A DNA stretch of 64,000 bases, taken from assembly GCA_964016885.1 (NCBI GenBank), contig OZ024740.1:239258001-239322000 (forward strand), in the 5' to 3' direction. Below, piece after piece: positions 40,742 to 52,565 of this stretch. The notes under the pieces were generated by a model. That model was not told where the DNA came from, made no database searches, and saw only the letters and a list, made by a program, of their open reading frames with translations. The position numbers and the translations under genes were made by a program. The first letter of the stretch is position 1. Every line of letters starts with the position of its first letter. Source of the stretch: Eledone cirrhosa (lineage: Eukaryota).

Positions 40742-40799
40742 GTGAGTGACTATTCCATATCATTATTATTACTTTTATTAATATTACTTTTGTTATTTT

Positions 40800-41470
40800 G
40801 TTTTCAATAAATTCATGTAAGATTCCACGCAGGGCAACCTCGTGAGGTACTGTAGCAACAGGCTTGTTAAGATGCTTGGGTTATAGTTCCGTCTAGATTT
40901 CAAAGTGGGTAAGAGGTCGGACGAGCAGGGAGAAGGAGGGGACCAGTTTCTCCCAGAAATAGCCCAACAGTAAGCTATCCTGAAAAAATCGAGAAAAAAT
41001 GACATATGTATACATCGCTTTTCATCTGACCAGACTGAACCATCGCTTCTTGTGGGAGGGAGGCGTTTCACTGATCAAGCGGGTCATCTACTTCCAATAC
41101 ATTATAGGGGAAGGTTCGATATGTCGTAGCTGATAAAGGTCTTGCATACGATCACGTTTCTTGAACGGTGAGCTGCAGTCGTAGTTTATCAATTTGTTTC
41201 ATTGGCGGAGCTGCAGTTCTGGGTCAAGCAAGGCCAAAATTGGATGTCTAGTATCTATAATTTGGCTTACTGGGCATCGACGACGATGAATTAAACAGCC
41301 TAACCCCGACAACTTTTATCACCGGACACTATGGACAACTTCCAGAAATCTCTGCCATAACAATGCGACCGAGAAGGAGGTGGATGTCTTGCTGATTTGA
41401 TATGAACTCTACAGATATGGTAGTACCGTCAGTCGAGATGCGCATAGAGAAACGTGATGGAGTATTGCTC
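40800..41470 (+). pseudogene. Decayed Tx1 ORF2 3' fragment, continuing at 42190-42305
   Basis: CTATGGACAACTTCCAGAAATCTCTG matches ~35798; CTGTCTGGTGGCCATGGCGA matches ~36087; GGAGCTGCAGT-CTGGGTCAAGC matches ~35568. Confidence 0.75.
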
Positions 41471-41513
41471 ACTTGTGAGAGCGTTTTCATCGTATGTAGG
41501 GGGGAATTGAACA

Positions 41514-42187
41514 CAGGGTGACAAAAAAACAAACTGACCCCATTATTATCTTTGTCAACCTTATTCATTTTTTGACAAACACTGATGAATAAATTTAGTT
41601 CAAACTATAAAAATAACATGTCAAAAATTCACTATCTTCTGATGTTTCTGTCAAGAGTTACAGCAATATGTTCCAAGTCATCCCTATTTGAATCCTTGCA
41701 TTTCTTGAGGCGCATGGTGAACGTTAGTATGACATCTTTACAAACAGATCAATAACTTTCTGTGTCCGCTTTCGGCGTCATCCAAAATGGATAGGACGGT
41801 CCACAAACATTGTCCCATAGTTATCAAACTTCTTCTCCCAGCTTTTTGTATACTGGTTTTGAAAGGAGGTTTGACCGTTCGAAAAGATGCATGAAATTGC
41901 CCATGGATCTGCTTATACGAGCCACACTTATAGTTGTGTTTCACACAGAAATCCGGTATTAGAACTCCTATTAATCCTGTAGTCTTTTACCTCGTTGTAT
42001 CTGCCATATCCTGAATTTTAAGATTGGTTAGAAAAGGAATATACAATGACACAAAACCGTGCTCCCATTAATCCTGTAGTCTTTTACGTCGTTGTATCTG
42101 CCATCTCCTGAATTTTAAGATTGGTTAGAAAAGGAATATACAATGACACAAAACCGTGCGCGGGGTCAGTGTTTTTTGAGTCACCCT
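41514..42187. mobile_element. TIR DNA transposon derivative, Tc1/mariner-like
   Basis: TIRs CAGGGTGACAAAAAAACAAACTGACCCC (41514-41541) and GGGGTCAGTGTTTTTTGAGTCACCCT (42162-42187); splits the decayed Tx1 copy; internal 97-bp tandem duplication 41965-42158. Confidence 0.75.
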
Positions 42188-42799
42188 ATATCAGCTGAGT
42201 CAACAGTGAAGGTTACCTTTCTGCATCGCGAAGAAATGAGATCTTATCACTGTCTGGTGGCCATGGCGATAAAGATTGTATGGAGAAATGATTGAAAGAG
42301 TGAAGATAAACTCTAAATAATATCTGTGCCCAATAGTGCTATTTTCTGTATATTATGCATATTTATATGTTCGAATTTTTGGTTATGCCTGCATGTTATT
42401 TAATAATTCCTAAGGCACCTCTTATTATTAGGATAGTTTTTGTTTTCAATCGACATATTCTGGGTGTCGCTTTTTTCAGATCTTTATATTTGAATAATTT
42501 CTCAATCTATTTTAGCATTATATTATCATCTGTTAGTAATGATATTTTGATTAATTCTTCTCATTATCTTCATTTGATATGGCTGCTTTCCGATAAGTTT
42601 ATCATGGAACCTCTAGTAGAAGAAGCCTCAGGCATTCTGAGACCCTGAACCACCTCTCTACTCACCACTATCGGAACGGAGTTGGTTACCCACAAAGATG
42701 AGCCTCAAGAGTTGGAATATCTCTTTTAGCGCATCTCTGCTATTCTCTAGAACAAAGCCTTTCAATTCTATCTGCTGGGACCATGAGGCAACATCGTTT

Positions 42800-43690
42800 G
42801 AATGACTATCACATCAATAATTCATGATATTCAACATTATTTCACATCTTTATTCAGAATTTATGCACAACTTTCCCTACTCTTCTTGAGTTTCATTATT
42901 TCATTCATATTTATAAATGACAATTTCTTTTAGTTGCTTTCAAAATCATTTCATGGCTTTGTTATTTTTATGTATGTCCATTATTTAAGATCCAACACTT
43001 CTAATTTTAGGTCTGACGTACTTGCACACACAGACACCCATTAATACCTTTCACAAATATAATACACACACTTTTTGTTCCTTACATCGTATAAGAAACA
43101 ATAGAAACTAATTGAAAGTTGTCAATTTTCATCATGGAACTAAAATGATTATCATATGTGTATATATTGCATATTCAACTCATATTTCTTATAGTCCACA
43201 TTTTACACAGAATATAAGGGGATGTTGAGCTGTCTAATATATCTATAGCTGCCAGACGTTTAGTCTAGATTCTATCTAGACTGTACGTAGTAATTATTGT
43301 TTCACATCACCTCATTCAGTCATATATATCTTCGTCTGTCATCTTCAATCTTGTAAAATTTCTATCATGTCCACATTGGAATATATTGTGTTTCTACCGT
43401 TTTATCACTAGCATAAGTGTATCAATATTTTCAACGTGCGTTTAATTTCATCAATATCAATAGTGTATAATTATTATGTTTTCAAAAGTTTCATTGTGGG
43501 TTTATTTTGCAACATCAAATGCATTTCCTCCTTCCTGATATGGGAGCATCATTGCATTTTGGGTATTTAAAACTGTTTGTATATTAAATCATTTTTTGAG
43601 TGATTTGTGTTTAGCTGTAAAGAGTATATGCAATGTGAGTTGTTACTTCGCTGGATTATACTTGCCTTTTGTGTTCACTGTATAAATTAC
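42800..43690 (-). pseudogene. Possible highly decayed Penelope-type RT remnant
   Basis: Only weak motif traces (TIYSNVD; TKRLAA...SSTSP). Confidence 0.25.
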
Positions 43691-43715
43691 GCTGTGAGAA
43701 GTCATTATTAGAAAC

Positions 43716-43835
43716 GATCTGAGTTCAAATCCCGCCGAGGTTGACTTTACCTTTCATCCTTACGGGGTCGATAAAAATAAAGTACCAGTAATGCACTGGG
43801 TAATTGCTGGCCTTGTGCCTAAAGTAGAAACAATT
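43716..43835 (+). mobile_element. SINE, 5'-truncated, TSD ATTATTAGAAAC
   Basis: B-box to tail; the duplication flanks both ends. Confidence 0.85.
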
Positions 43836-43869
43836 ATTAGAAACAATTATTATTATTTTTTTCTTAGAT

Positions 43870-45680
43870 CTGTTGTTTGTCTATTGCTAAATTCAATCGT
43901 TAAGTTTAGGGCAATAGAAGTTTTCATTGTAGAGAGAGAACTTGTCTGAGATCTGTGCTGTTCCTAGTAGCCCGATCTTCTGTAGCTCATATTTGTTGAT
44001 CTTGAAGGTATGAGGATTTGGGTATTAATCATAGTGTTCCTATTACCACAGGGGTAGTGCTTGTGGTCAACTTCCACATGTGGTTGATCTCTATTTCCAG
44101 GTCTTTGTACTTTGACAGTTTTTCCCATTGTTTTTACAGATGTATTCTTGTCAGCTGGCACAGAAATATCTATAAGGCTACATGTTCGATCTGTTTTATT
44201 TTTTGTGATGATATCTTGTCTGTTGGCAGCGATTTCTTGGTCGGTTATCACAGACATATCCCACAAGATAGATATGTTGCCATTTTTCATGACTATTTTT
44301 GGTTGATGTTCATACCATTTGTCAGATGTTTGGATGTCATGAGAGCGCCAGAGCATCCGCTGCACGCATTTGGCAATGCGGTTGTGTCTTTCTATATAAT
44401 CATTTGTTGCCAGTTCTGGAGACCCTGAGATAACAGAATCTACCGTTTCTTCGTATTTGTAGCATATTCTGCATTGAGGGAAATCCCATCTTTCCCTATT
44501 CTGTATCTAGAGTCTCGAGTGTTTAGAGATTAGTCTCGTGCAGCAACTAAGAGTCCCTCAGTCTCTGCTTTCAAACCAGCACTTCTGAGCCAGGATAGTG
44601 AGCCATGAGGATCGATATCATTGGCGATTATGTAAAAAGTTGGGGTTCAACTGTGCGCCAACCACAATCGAAACCACTTCTACGTCTCTGATTCTCTCTT
44701 CAGCTCCTGATTTTTCTCAACTTTCTCACTTTCCTTCTCATTCACCCTGTGGCCCCACGATGACACAAGATCCACAATATATGCCTTGTTCTTCTTTTCT
44801 ACGACAACAATGTCAGGCTTTCTAAAATGGTCGCACTTGATGGTCATGCCCCACAAGATCTTATACTGTTCATTTTCAGCCACCCTTTCCAGTTGGTTTT
44901 CATAACATTTCTCACTTCTGCTCATGTCATACTTATGACAGAGCTTCCAATGAACCAATCTGGCAATGTTGTCGTACCTTCTCTTGTACTCTTTCTCTAC
45001 GAGCATCTTACATTCATTAATGATTGTTTCTACTTTTGGCACAAGGCCAGCAATTACTCCAGTGTGTTACTGGTACTTTATTTTATTGACCCCGTAAAGA
45101 TGAAAGGAAAAGTTAACCTCGGCGTTATTTGAAATCAGAACGTAAAGGGTCATAACTCTACGCTGCAAAGCATGGTGTCTGACGCTCCACCGATATTGCC
45201 AATCCATCGCCTTCATTTCACTAATAATGTGGTTTATTGACTCACCTTTCTCCCCACACAGTCTAAAAGTGGTTGAATTCATTGACTTGTCAAAATTGAA
45301 CTTGATATAGTTCTTTCTCAGTGACGTTTCCTGGGCTGTAAAAATACGGACCTCAATTTTAACTTTTAAGTCTCTTTTCCTAAACCATTCCCAATTCCTA
45401 TCTTTGTCAACTGTCTCAGCCATTTCACATATAAATTGACCATAGATTTTGTTCTTCCATCTATTCAATGTGTCTGTCTTGTTTAAATTCTCCCTTTTCC
45501 TTTGCTTTATCACTGTTTAGGACTTTTATCTTTCTTACTCCTGCCATCAATCTCTCCTTTGAATTCTTTACAAACCATGCCAGATTATTTTCCCCCGACT
45601 TTACACACATTTCACAGCAAATGAAACCTCTTCCTCCTTTCTGTAGTTATAGATACAACCTGCTCACGTCACTTTTGGGT
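43870..45680 (-). pseudogene. Two stacked Dong/R4 LINE 3' fragments (~43870-44600 and ~44680-45680)
   Basis: WYEHQP..ILWD..ANRQDI..LIDISVP; RYDNIARLVHWKLC..ILW..KPDIVV; GGRGFI, WEWFRKRDLK, LCGEKGESINHIIS. Confidence 0.85.
45021..45211 (-). mobile_element. SINE inserted into the Dong/R4 zinc-knuckle coding sequence
   Basis: Splits HIISE / INECK with an imperfect duplication. Confidence 0.85.
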
Positions 45681-45714
45681 TAGAGAAGGTTTAGAGTTAG
45701 GATTAGGGTTAGGG

Positions 45715-46010
45715 AGTTGTTGATGAACCGGAAAGTTGAGTTGACATATGCAAACGGCGTTATCCTCATGGTATCGGGCATCCCGAAGGTTGATATGATA
45801 GGTGCCATTCCAAAAGAATATGAAGCACTAACAAGATGAAAAATTAACTTGGACAAGTTGGTGGACTCCATGTCGCCTACTGGTGTCATGGCGTGTTAGA
45901 CAAATGGACCAGTTGAGTTGGTTGGGAGTTAGTTTGGTCTGGATCTCTAGACAAGCAAGAAGTCCAGTCTCACCCACAAATGGGATGAGAAGAAGCGATC
46001 CTTAAAACAT
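45715..46010 (+). pseudogene. Decayed Tx1 ORF2 fragments
   Basis: 45890-45990 resembles 35120-35250 (GRWTDGPVKLLGVWFGPDLQ region). Confidence 0.6.
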
Positions 46011-46394
46011 TTTAAACAAACAGTCTTGACTGCACCCAGTGTAAGTGGCTCAGTAGTTGACAAAATAATTTTTATTCTTAAGGTAATTCTCATGGAAAAT
46101 CATCAACATGACAATGTGTGACAAGAATGACTATTATACAATTATAGACCATCCAGCGAGCTTCGAAACAGTTTCCTTCTACCCAACTCCACTCACAAGG
46201 CACTTGCCAAAAACATTGCATAATGGTATCGAACGCAGGACCTCTCGATTCCAAAGCAACATTCTACTAACGAAACATTCTACTATCTTTTTATTCAAAC
46301 TTACTTTGAATAATTCACAGCACTTTATTTTGTTTTAACTATAGCCGTTGTGTTCGTCTTCCTACTCTCCAATGATAGCCATTATGAATATCAG

Positions 46395-46545
46395 CAGATG
46401 GTGGATTGGCAGTCTCAGTAGAGTGTCGGACACCATACTTTGAATCATAGAGTTACGTCCCTTTATGATCTGAGTTCAAATCCCGCCGAGGTTAACTTTG
46501 CCTTTCATCCTTACGGGGTCGAATAAATAAAGTACCAGTAATGTA
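46395..46545 (+). mobile_element. SINE, 3'-truncated
   Basis: Head, B-box and body present; tail missing. Confidence 0.85.
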
Positions 46546-47217
46546 CCACAGTGCTACTCTCTGGAAAACGAAATGTAATGAGATTTGGCTTGGTTTATAC
46601 CTAGATGGCAAAAATAACTTTGTAAGGTCCTATGGTAGCATAAGCACCATATAGGCTAACTGATCTCTAAGTATTAAGGTATCTAGACACATCCAGTCAA
46701 AGGTACAATCTTTATAAGCACGGTCAATAAATTCCATCTATTTGAAGCATTTTATTAACTGTTGCTAGCTTTTGTTTCTTTTTGCGGAATTAATATACAG
46801 ATATATTAATCTGCTGTCTTATTTCTCTTTTAAACTAATAGATACATTATTAACTACACTTCGTCATTGAAGTAAACAACGATCAATTGATATATTTAAG
46901 TCCCAATATATTATGCTTGACCCGTGTAGAGTGAAATTCAATAAACGTTTATGTTTATGGTGAAGCAGTCTGAAGAGAGGGTATAGAATTATAAATCTAA
47001 ATATAAGAAAGGTCATTAATAAAATGAACATTGCTGCGAGAATATATCATTATTCTTAATATTATGGTCCATTAAGTTCTTATAAATTTGGTTCTCTTAT
47101 TCTTAGTTGACCAAGACTTAAAACTGAATATGTTTTAACCCCCCGGAGATGGTGAATTTAAAACAAAGTCTTGACTTATGATAACACTATATTCTGTAGC
47201 ATCTAGAATCATGCCTG

Positions 47218-47291
<74 letters not shown>

Positions 47292-47294
47292 GTA

Positions 47295-47388
47295 TATTAT
47301 TAGTACAGATTAAATGTTTAAGCAAACAATTTGTGTTTTCACTCTAAGGGTGAAACTTTGCCTAAACTTTTAATCTGTACTAATAATA
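47295..47388. repeat. Small fold-back element between microsatellites
   Basis: 32-bp arms 47295-47326 and 47357-47388 with 2 mismatches; inner hairpin TTTCACTC-TAA-GGGTGAAA. Confidence 0.85.
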
Positions 47389-47407
47389 AATATTTGAACT
47401 ACGGGTT

Positions 47408-47512
<105 letters not shown>

Positions 47513-47630
47513 AATCATGTCTTTAGAATCACTAGATATAATATATACCATTTCCTCTCCCAATTAGCATAATTAACCATATAAAAATTCAATTAGACCA
47601 AGCTATAAGAATAAAGGCTCCTATGAAGAA

Positions 47631-47934
47631 ATCTTCGACAAATAACCGAAAGCAGCCTCTTCGCGGTGGCCACGATAGAGTATTTATCCAACATTTCGAC
47701 AGCATGTAGAAATCGACCAGATATACAGTCAACTAAACACAATTAGATGTAAATTCAAACTTAGAAGAAATGCGTACATACCTAAATTACCGCATTTCTT
47801 CTAAGTTTGAATTTACATCTAATTGTGTTTAGTTGACTGTATATCTGGTCGATTTCTACATGCTGTCGAAATGTTGGATAAATACTCTATCGTGGCCACC
47901 GCGAAGAGGCTGCTTTCGGTTATTTGTCGAAGAT
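47631..47934. repeat. 144-bp inverted repeat with 16-nt loop at the 3' end of a Penelope-like ORF
   Basis: 47631-47774 is the reverse complement of 47791-47934, no mismatch seen. Confidence 0.95.
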
Positions 47935-47942
47935 GTTGTGAT

Positions 47943-49449
47943 TCAATCCGGAGCCTTGTAGTTATGTAAGAGGTGTTTTGAGACGTGTGGACAACGTGTG
48001 AAGAATTCATTTCTCGTGTTTAGGCAATAACTATTGCATAATCTCTTTAGAATATTTATTCGTTCATCAATATATAGTCCACACGACGGATTTCCCCTTG
48101 CGTATGGCTTGGACTTAGTGATGGCTTTCCATTGAATGGAGTAGTCTATACTTGAGTCCTTGAGGGACCATACGTGGCTCGCGAGTTTCGTGGATGAACG
48201 TCTGTCTGGGTACCTAAAGGTCGACTGGTGGTTTAGGAAGCGTTCCTTAAATCGGCCCTCCGCCATATCCACATAGGATTTGACCTCCTGTGGTTGATTT
48301 GGTCGGTTGGAAGTGACCACAGCTTCATAAATTACAGCTGGTGTGTTGCATTGCTGTTGAAGGGGACAAGCTTCGGGCTTACGGCAAGAGCACCCTGGTG
48401 GGGTGTTTCTCTTAGGGCTGTTGTTGACGTGGGCCTTCATGTTCTTAGCGCAGGAGTATCCTAGTTTTACTTTGTGTTGGTTAAAGATGGAGCGGTATTT
48501 ATGATGTATGGGAAAGTGTCTCTCTAAGAGGGCTAGACATTTTTTGCCTACATTGGTTTTAACGTTGAGTGAGAAGGGAGGAGAGAACCAGATAGTTTGT
48601 CTATTGTTACGCTTTCCTTTCTTATTGTTGTTGTTGTTAGTGGGAGAGTAAGTGATAGGTTGCGAGCAGCCGCTGTTAGCTAACGCCTTGTTATAGTAGG
48701 GTGCCGCCCTGTCAAATATAGCCTTATTAGAGGAGAGGTTTGAGATTCTAGTACTGATATTATTTACGAAGTTTATAAAAACAGTGGGAGGGTGGCATGA
48801 GTCCTTGTGAATGTAAGTGAGTTTTTCGTTTAGCCTATGGAACGGTTTGTAGGTGTGTGTGCGAAGGTCTAAATTAATGTCTAAGAAATCTACGCTAGAG
48901 AGGTTGGTAGCTACTGTTATCCTAAGTCCTAACTCATTGAAGGTAGAAGCTAATTTATTTTTAAACCGGTCGTGGTCTTGACGACTTTTATGGCTCGATA
49001 AGGTCAGTCCGTCGTCGCGGTATATTCCCGTGTGGAAGTCCGGGAATCTAACACGTAATATATCTAAAATAAATAGGCCAACCAAGTCACATACGTCAGC
49101 ACTGTCAAACGATCCCATGGAGACGTTGAATAGGTCTGAAGTTGTTGACTTCTTTGCCCTGGCTACTCCGTTGTTGAAGAGGGGGGTTTTCCAGCAGTGA
49201 GCGATGATTTCCGTCTAAACCATCGACGGTAGTGTAAGTGGTAGCGAAGTCCAACGCTTTGTTTAACAGGGTCTCTGAGATCGACGGGTAAAAATCAACA
49301 ATGTCGAACTGTGTGAACTTCGCTTTTTTGGATTTGAAGGAGTTGAACCACTTAATTACGGAGTCGCTGTTCTCCCACTGGGACAGGTTGGACTTGGTCC
49401 TAATGGTCTTAACTATGTTTCTAAGTATGGCCTTACTGACTAGTCCCAT
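47943..49449 (-). mobile_element. Penelope-like retroelement (RT + C-terminal GIY-YIG), 5'-truncated, frameshifted
   Basis: QFDIVDFYPSI, MGSFDSADVCDLVG, IYRDDG, FLDI, YIHKDSCHP, CSCRKPEACPL..C, VIYE...YVDMAEGRFKERFLNH. Confidence 0.93.
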
Positions 49450-50072
49450 ATCTGCTTTTTTACCACCGTCGTAAAAAAACCCTTCTGGATTATCTCCCTT
49501 TGCCTTCTCCTCCTCACTTTTGGTTGCCCGTATCTCTCTCTCACTTTCTCCTGTCTATGTGAGAGGCAGCACGATTATACCAGCTCCGAGTCGTAGCTGA
49601 CCACCAGGCTAAAGTCTCCCAGGTTGGCCACAACTTACTTTCCCTATTTTTCCACGGTTACTTTTTTTGCATGTTTCTTTCACCTGTGTCTTCCCACGAT
49701 GGGATCTGTAACTTTTTTTCTTCTATTCCTTTCCTATTTTTCCCCTTCTTCCTCTCTCCTCATCTCCCCCCCCCCTGTTCTTCCTCCTTTCCCTCTCTTT
49801 CCTTTTCTCTCTCCTTTTTTCTCTCTCTTTCTCTCTCCTTTTCCACCTGGGCTTTTGATTAATAAAAGGCCTCGGGCGCACCCGAACTACACCAATGTCC
49901 TGTAATTCAGCGCCGAAACATCGGTTCGGGATACATTTACAGCTGACGATGGAAACTCTTTCTTCCTTTCTCCTCCTGTTCCGTCCTAACCACCATCCTA
50001 AACCTTGTTTTTAGTAACCGCACAGCTCCTTTCATTTCATAACTTTTTGTATATATATATACACACGCATAC

Positions 50073-50185
<113 letters not shown>

Positions 50186-50205
50186 AACACACACACACAC
50201 ACACC

Positions 50206-50258
<53 letters not shown>

Positions 50259-50259
<1 letters not shown>

Positions 50260-50331
50260 ACTGTTTCTACTTTTGACACAAGGCCACCAATTACCTAGTG
50301 TATTACTGGTACTTTATTTTATCGACCCCGT
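50259..50331 (-). mobile_element. SINE 3' fragment
   Basis: Reverse-complement tail and body; TATATATATAAC on both sides. Confidence 0.8.
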
Positions 50332-50343
50332 AATATATATATA

Positions 50344-50501
50344 TAACGAAGGAGTTGTGGTAAGGAACCAGATGGACCATAACGTACCAGAGTACTCAAT
50401 ACTTAGGGTAGTAGAGTGGGTAATAGGAAAATGTATGATCCCGACGGCAGAAGCCGTCGAAATGGCTTGAGCTCTGCCGTCGGGGTCATACATTTTCCTA
50501 T
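50344..50501. mobile_element. Fold-back element family C, copy 1
   Basis: ~80-nt unique leader, then arms 50423-50451 and 50473-50501; (TA)n flanks; homologous to 59153-59362. Confidence 0.85.
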
Positions 50502-50532
50502 ATATGTATATATATATATATATATACACACG

Positions 50533-50564
<32 letters not shown>

Positions 50565-50688
50565 CATACACATACATACACACACACATATTATATATAT
50601 ATATATATATATATAGTAATAATAATAAATTTGAAGACTAAAATCCAAAGAGCGCTGGATAAGGATAAATGTCTGTTATTTTAATAAA

Positions 50689-50828
<140 letters not shown>

Positions 50829-50959
50829 TGCTGTGTGAGTGATCTTGTTTATCATCGGAAGATTGCTTGCTTTTAAACTAGACATATAACTTGAAGTAAT
50901 AATGCATTATCTTTAGGATTATATCTTATTATTTGTATGTATGTATATATGTATGTCAG

Positions 50960-51430
50960 TCACCAGTTGGTGCTACTGGTAACATGTATCCCAGTACAAC
51001 CTGTCTCATGGTCGGGTCATTGGCGACTAAACTGGCAACCCCACCAAGGTTTCTTGGTGAGGAGGGTGACTTTTGAGATCCTGCAGGACTAAAAACAAAA
51101 CCTGTCAAAGGGCAAAGGAGCTCTTAAGAGTCAATGGCCATCCAAAATCACCGGGAGAGATGACCCCTTAGCCTTTGTCAAGGCAGAATTCTAGGAGAAG
51201 GAAAACTCTGATATAACACCTGCAACTCTAATGGTATCCAATGATGTTGACTTGTTCTTCTTTTTGGTAAATATCATCTTGGTTAAGAGAGTGGGACTGG
51301 CTTTGTGCGGTGCCTTTGCTCCTTATAAAAGCTTCACGGCACAGGCATTGCTTTATATCTGGAGATCTCTCTGCGCCTGTCGTCACATGGTACCATGGGC
51401 CTAGCACTATGTGTCAATAATTGTCACAAG
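50960..51430 (+). mobile_element. Probable RTE-type LINE 5'UTR remnant
   Basis: CTAGGAGAAGGAAAACTCTGAT motif recalled from RTE 5'UTRs; no ORF follows. Confidence 0.35.
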
Positions 51431-51699
51431 TGTAGTGTTTGTACCAGAGTTTTCAAGTCGCTGGCTGGACTAAAAAGTCACACTCGTTCAGCGCATCGGT
51501 AGGGGTTCTCCTACATGGATATAAAGTAGTGGCCGTACTCGAAAACGAGTTGGCAGCCACCATGTATGTATGTATGTATGTATGTATGTATGTATGTATG
51601 TATGTATGTATGTATGTATGTATGTATGTATGTCTCTCTTTCTCTTAATTTGGAGTACATTTTTGACCGGCCACCTTTCTGGTGGCAAGCTTGTAAAAG

Positions 51700-52210
51700 A
51701 AAAGAAATTGTCATCCCTTCGCAAGAATGTTTTGCAAATTTTGAAGGTGCCAGATATCGCGGCCATTTGTAGACTATGAATTAGGGAGCTGCGCTCTTTG
51801 TCCGCAAATCCAAGTTCAGTTGTACATTGGTCCAAGCGGGTTGGTATATAACCCGTAACTCCGATAATGATGGGTATGAAGCTGAGAGTGTATCTTGGAT
51901 ACCGGATCTGCAAACTCCTCATCAATGGTCCGTAGCTGTACTTCTTCACTTGTATTTTTCTTACAACGTTGACATCAAGTGGGTAGCTGATCTCTACAAC
52001 AGAGCACGTTTTCAATGTGTGGTCCCAAACAATAATATCTCAATTATCTTAATTTGGTGGCAGTTTTTATTTTCAAGTTCCACCAGTATTCTTTAGTGCC
52101 ATCTATCTCAACATATTCCTCCTCATTTGTTTTTAATTTTGTTTTCCTCAATGCGTTCCAGATGGTTCTAAGCTATCACATCGTGTCTCATAGGGAGGTA
52201 GTAGCGAGAC
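51700..52210 (-). pseudogene. RLE-type LINE endonuclease C-terminus between (ATGT)n tracts
   Basis: RHDVIA...DIIVWD...VEISYP..K..YGPL...FIPIIIGVTG...ICKTFL; (ATGT)n at 51562-51633 and 52211-52335. Confidence 0.75.
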
Positions 52211-52550
52211 ATGTATGTATGTATGTATGTATGTATGTATGTATGTATGTATGTATGTATGTATGTATGTATGTATGTATGTATGTATGTATGTATGTAT
52301 GTATGTATGTATGTATTATGTATGTATGTATGTATGTATTATGTATATATGTATGTTTGTAAGTATGTACACATAAATGTAAAGAATGTAGCGTTAGGTC
52401 ATTCAAATTACATCACCTTAAGCAAGCATGAAATTATCCTCAATGTAAAATATTGTTTTCATTCATAACACCTCACAATCTCATACATATTTTACCATCC
52501 ACAGAAAACAATGTGTATTATAAACTTATATTTCTTTTCTCTTTTCACAG

Positions 52551-52565
52551 TGGAGGAACCTGATG
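52551..52565 (+). CDS. Candidate 15-nt frame-preserving microexon, (M)EEPD
   Basis: Strong acceptor TTTCTTTTCTCTTTTCACAG; ATG|GTATAA donor; phase compatible with the exon ending at 40741. Confidence 0.4.

Noticed and set aside
49880-49960. GAAACATCGGTT and CTGACGATGGAAAC motifs upstream of the Penelope RT
   Set aside because: Could not assemble a complete hammerhead with paired stems.
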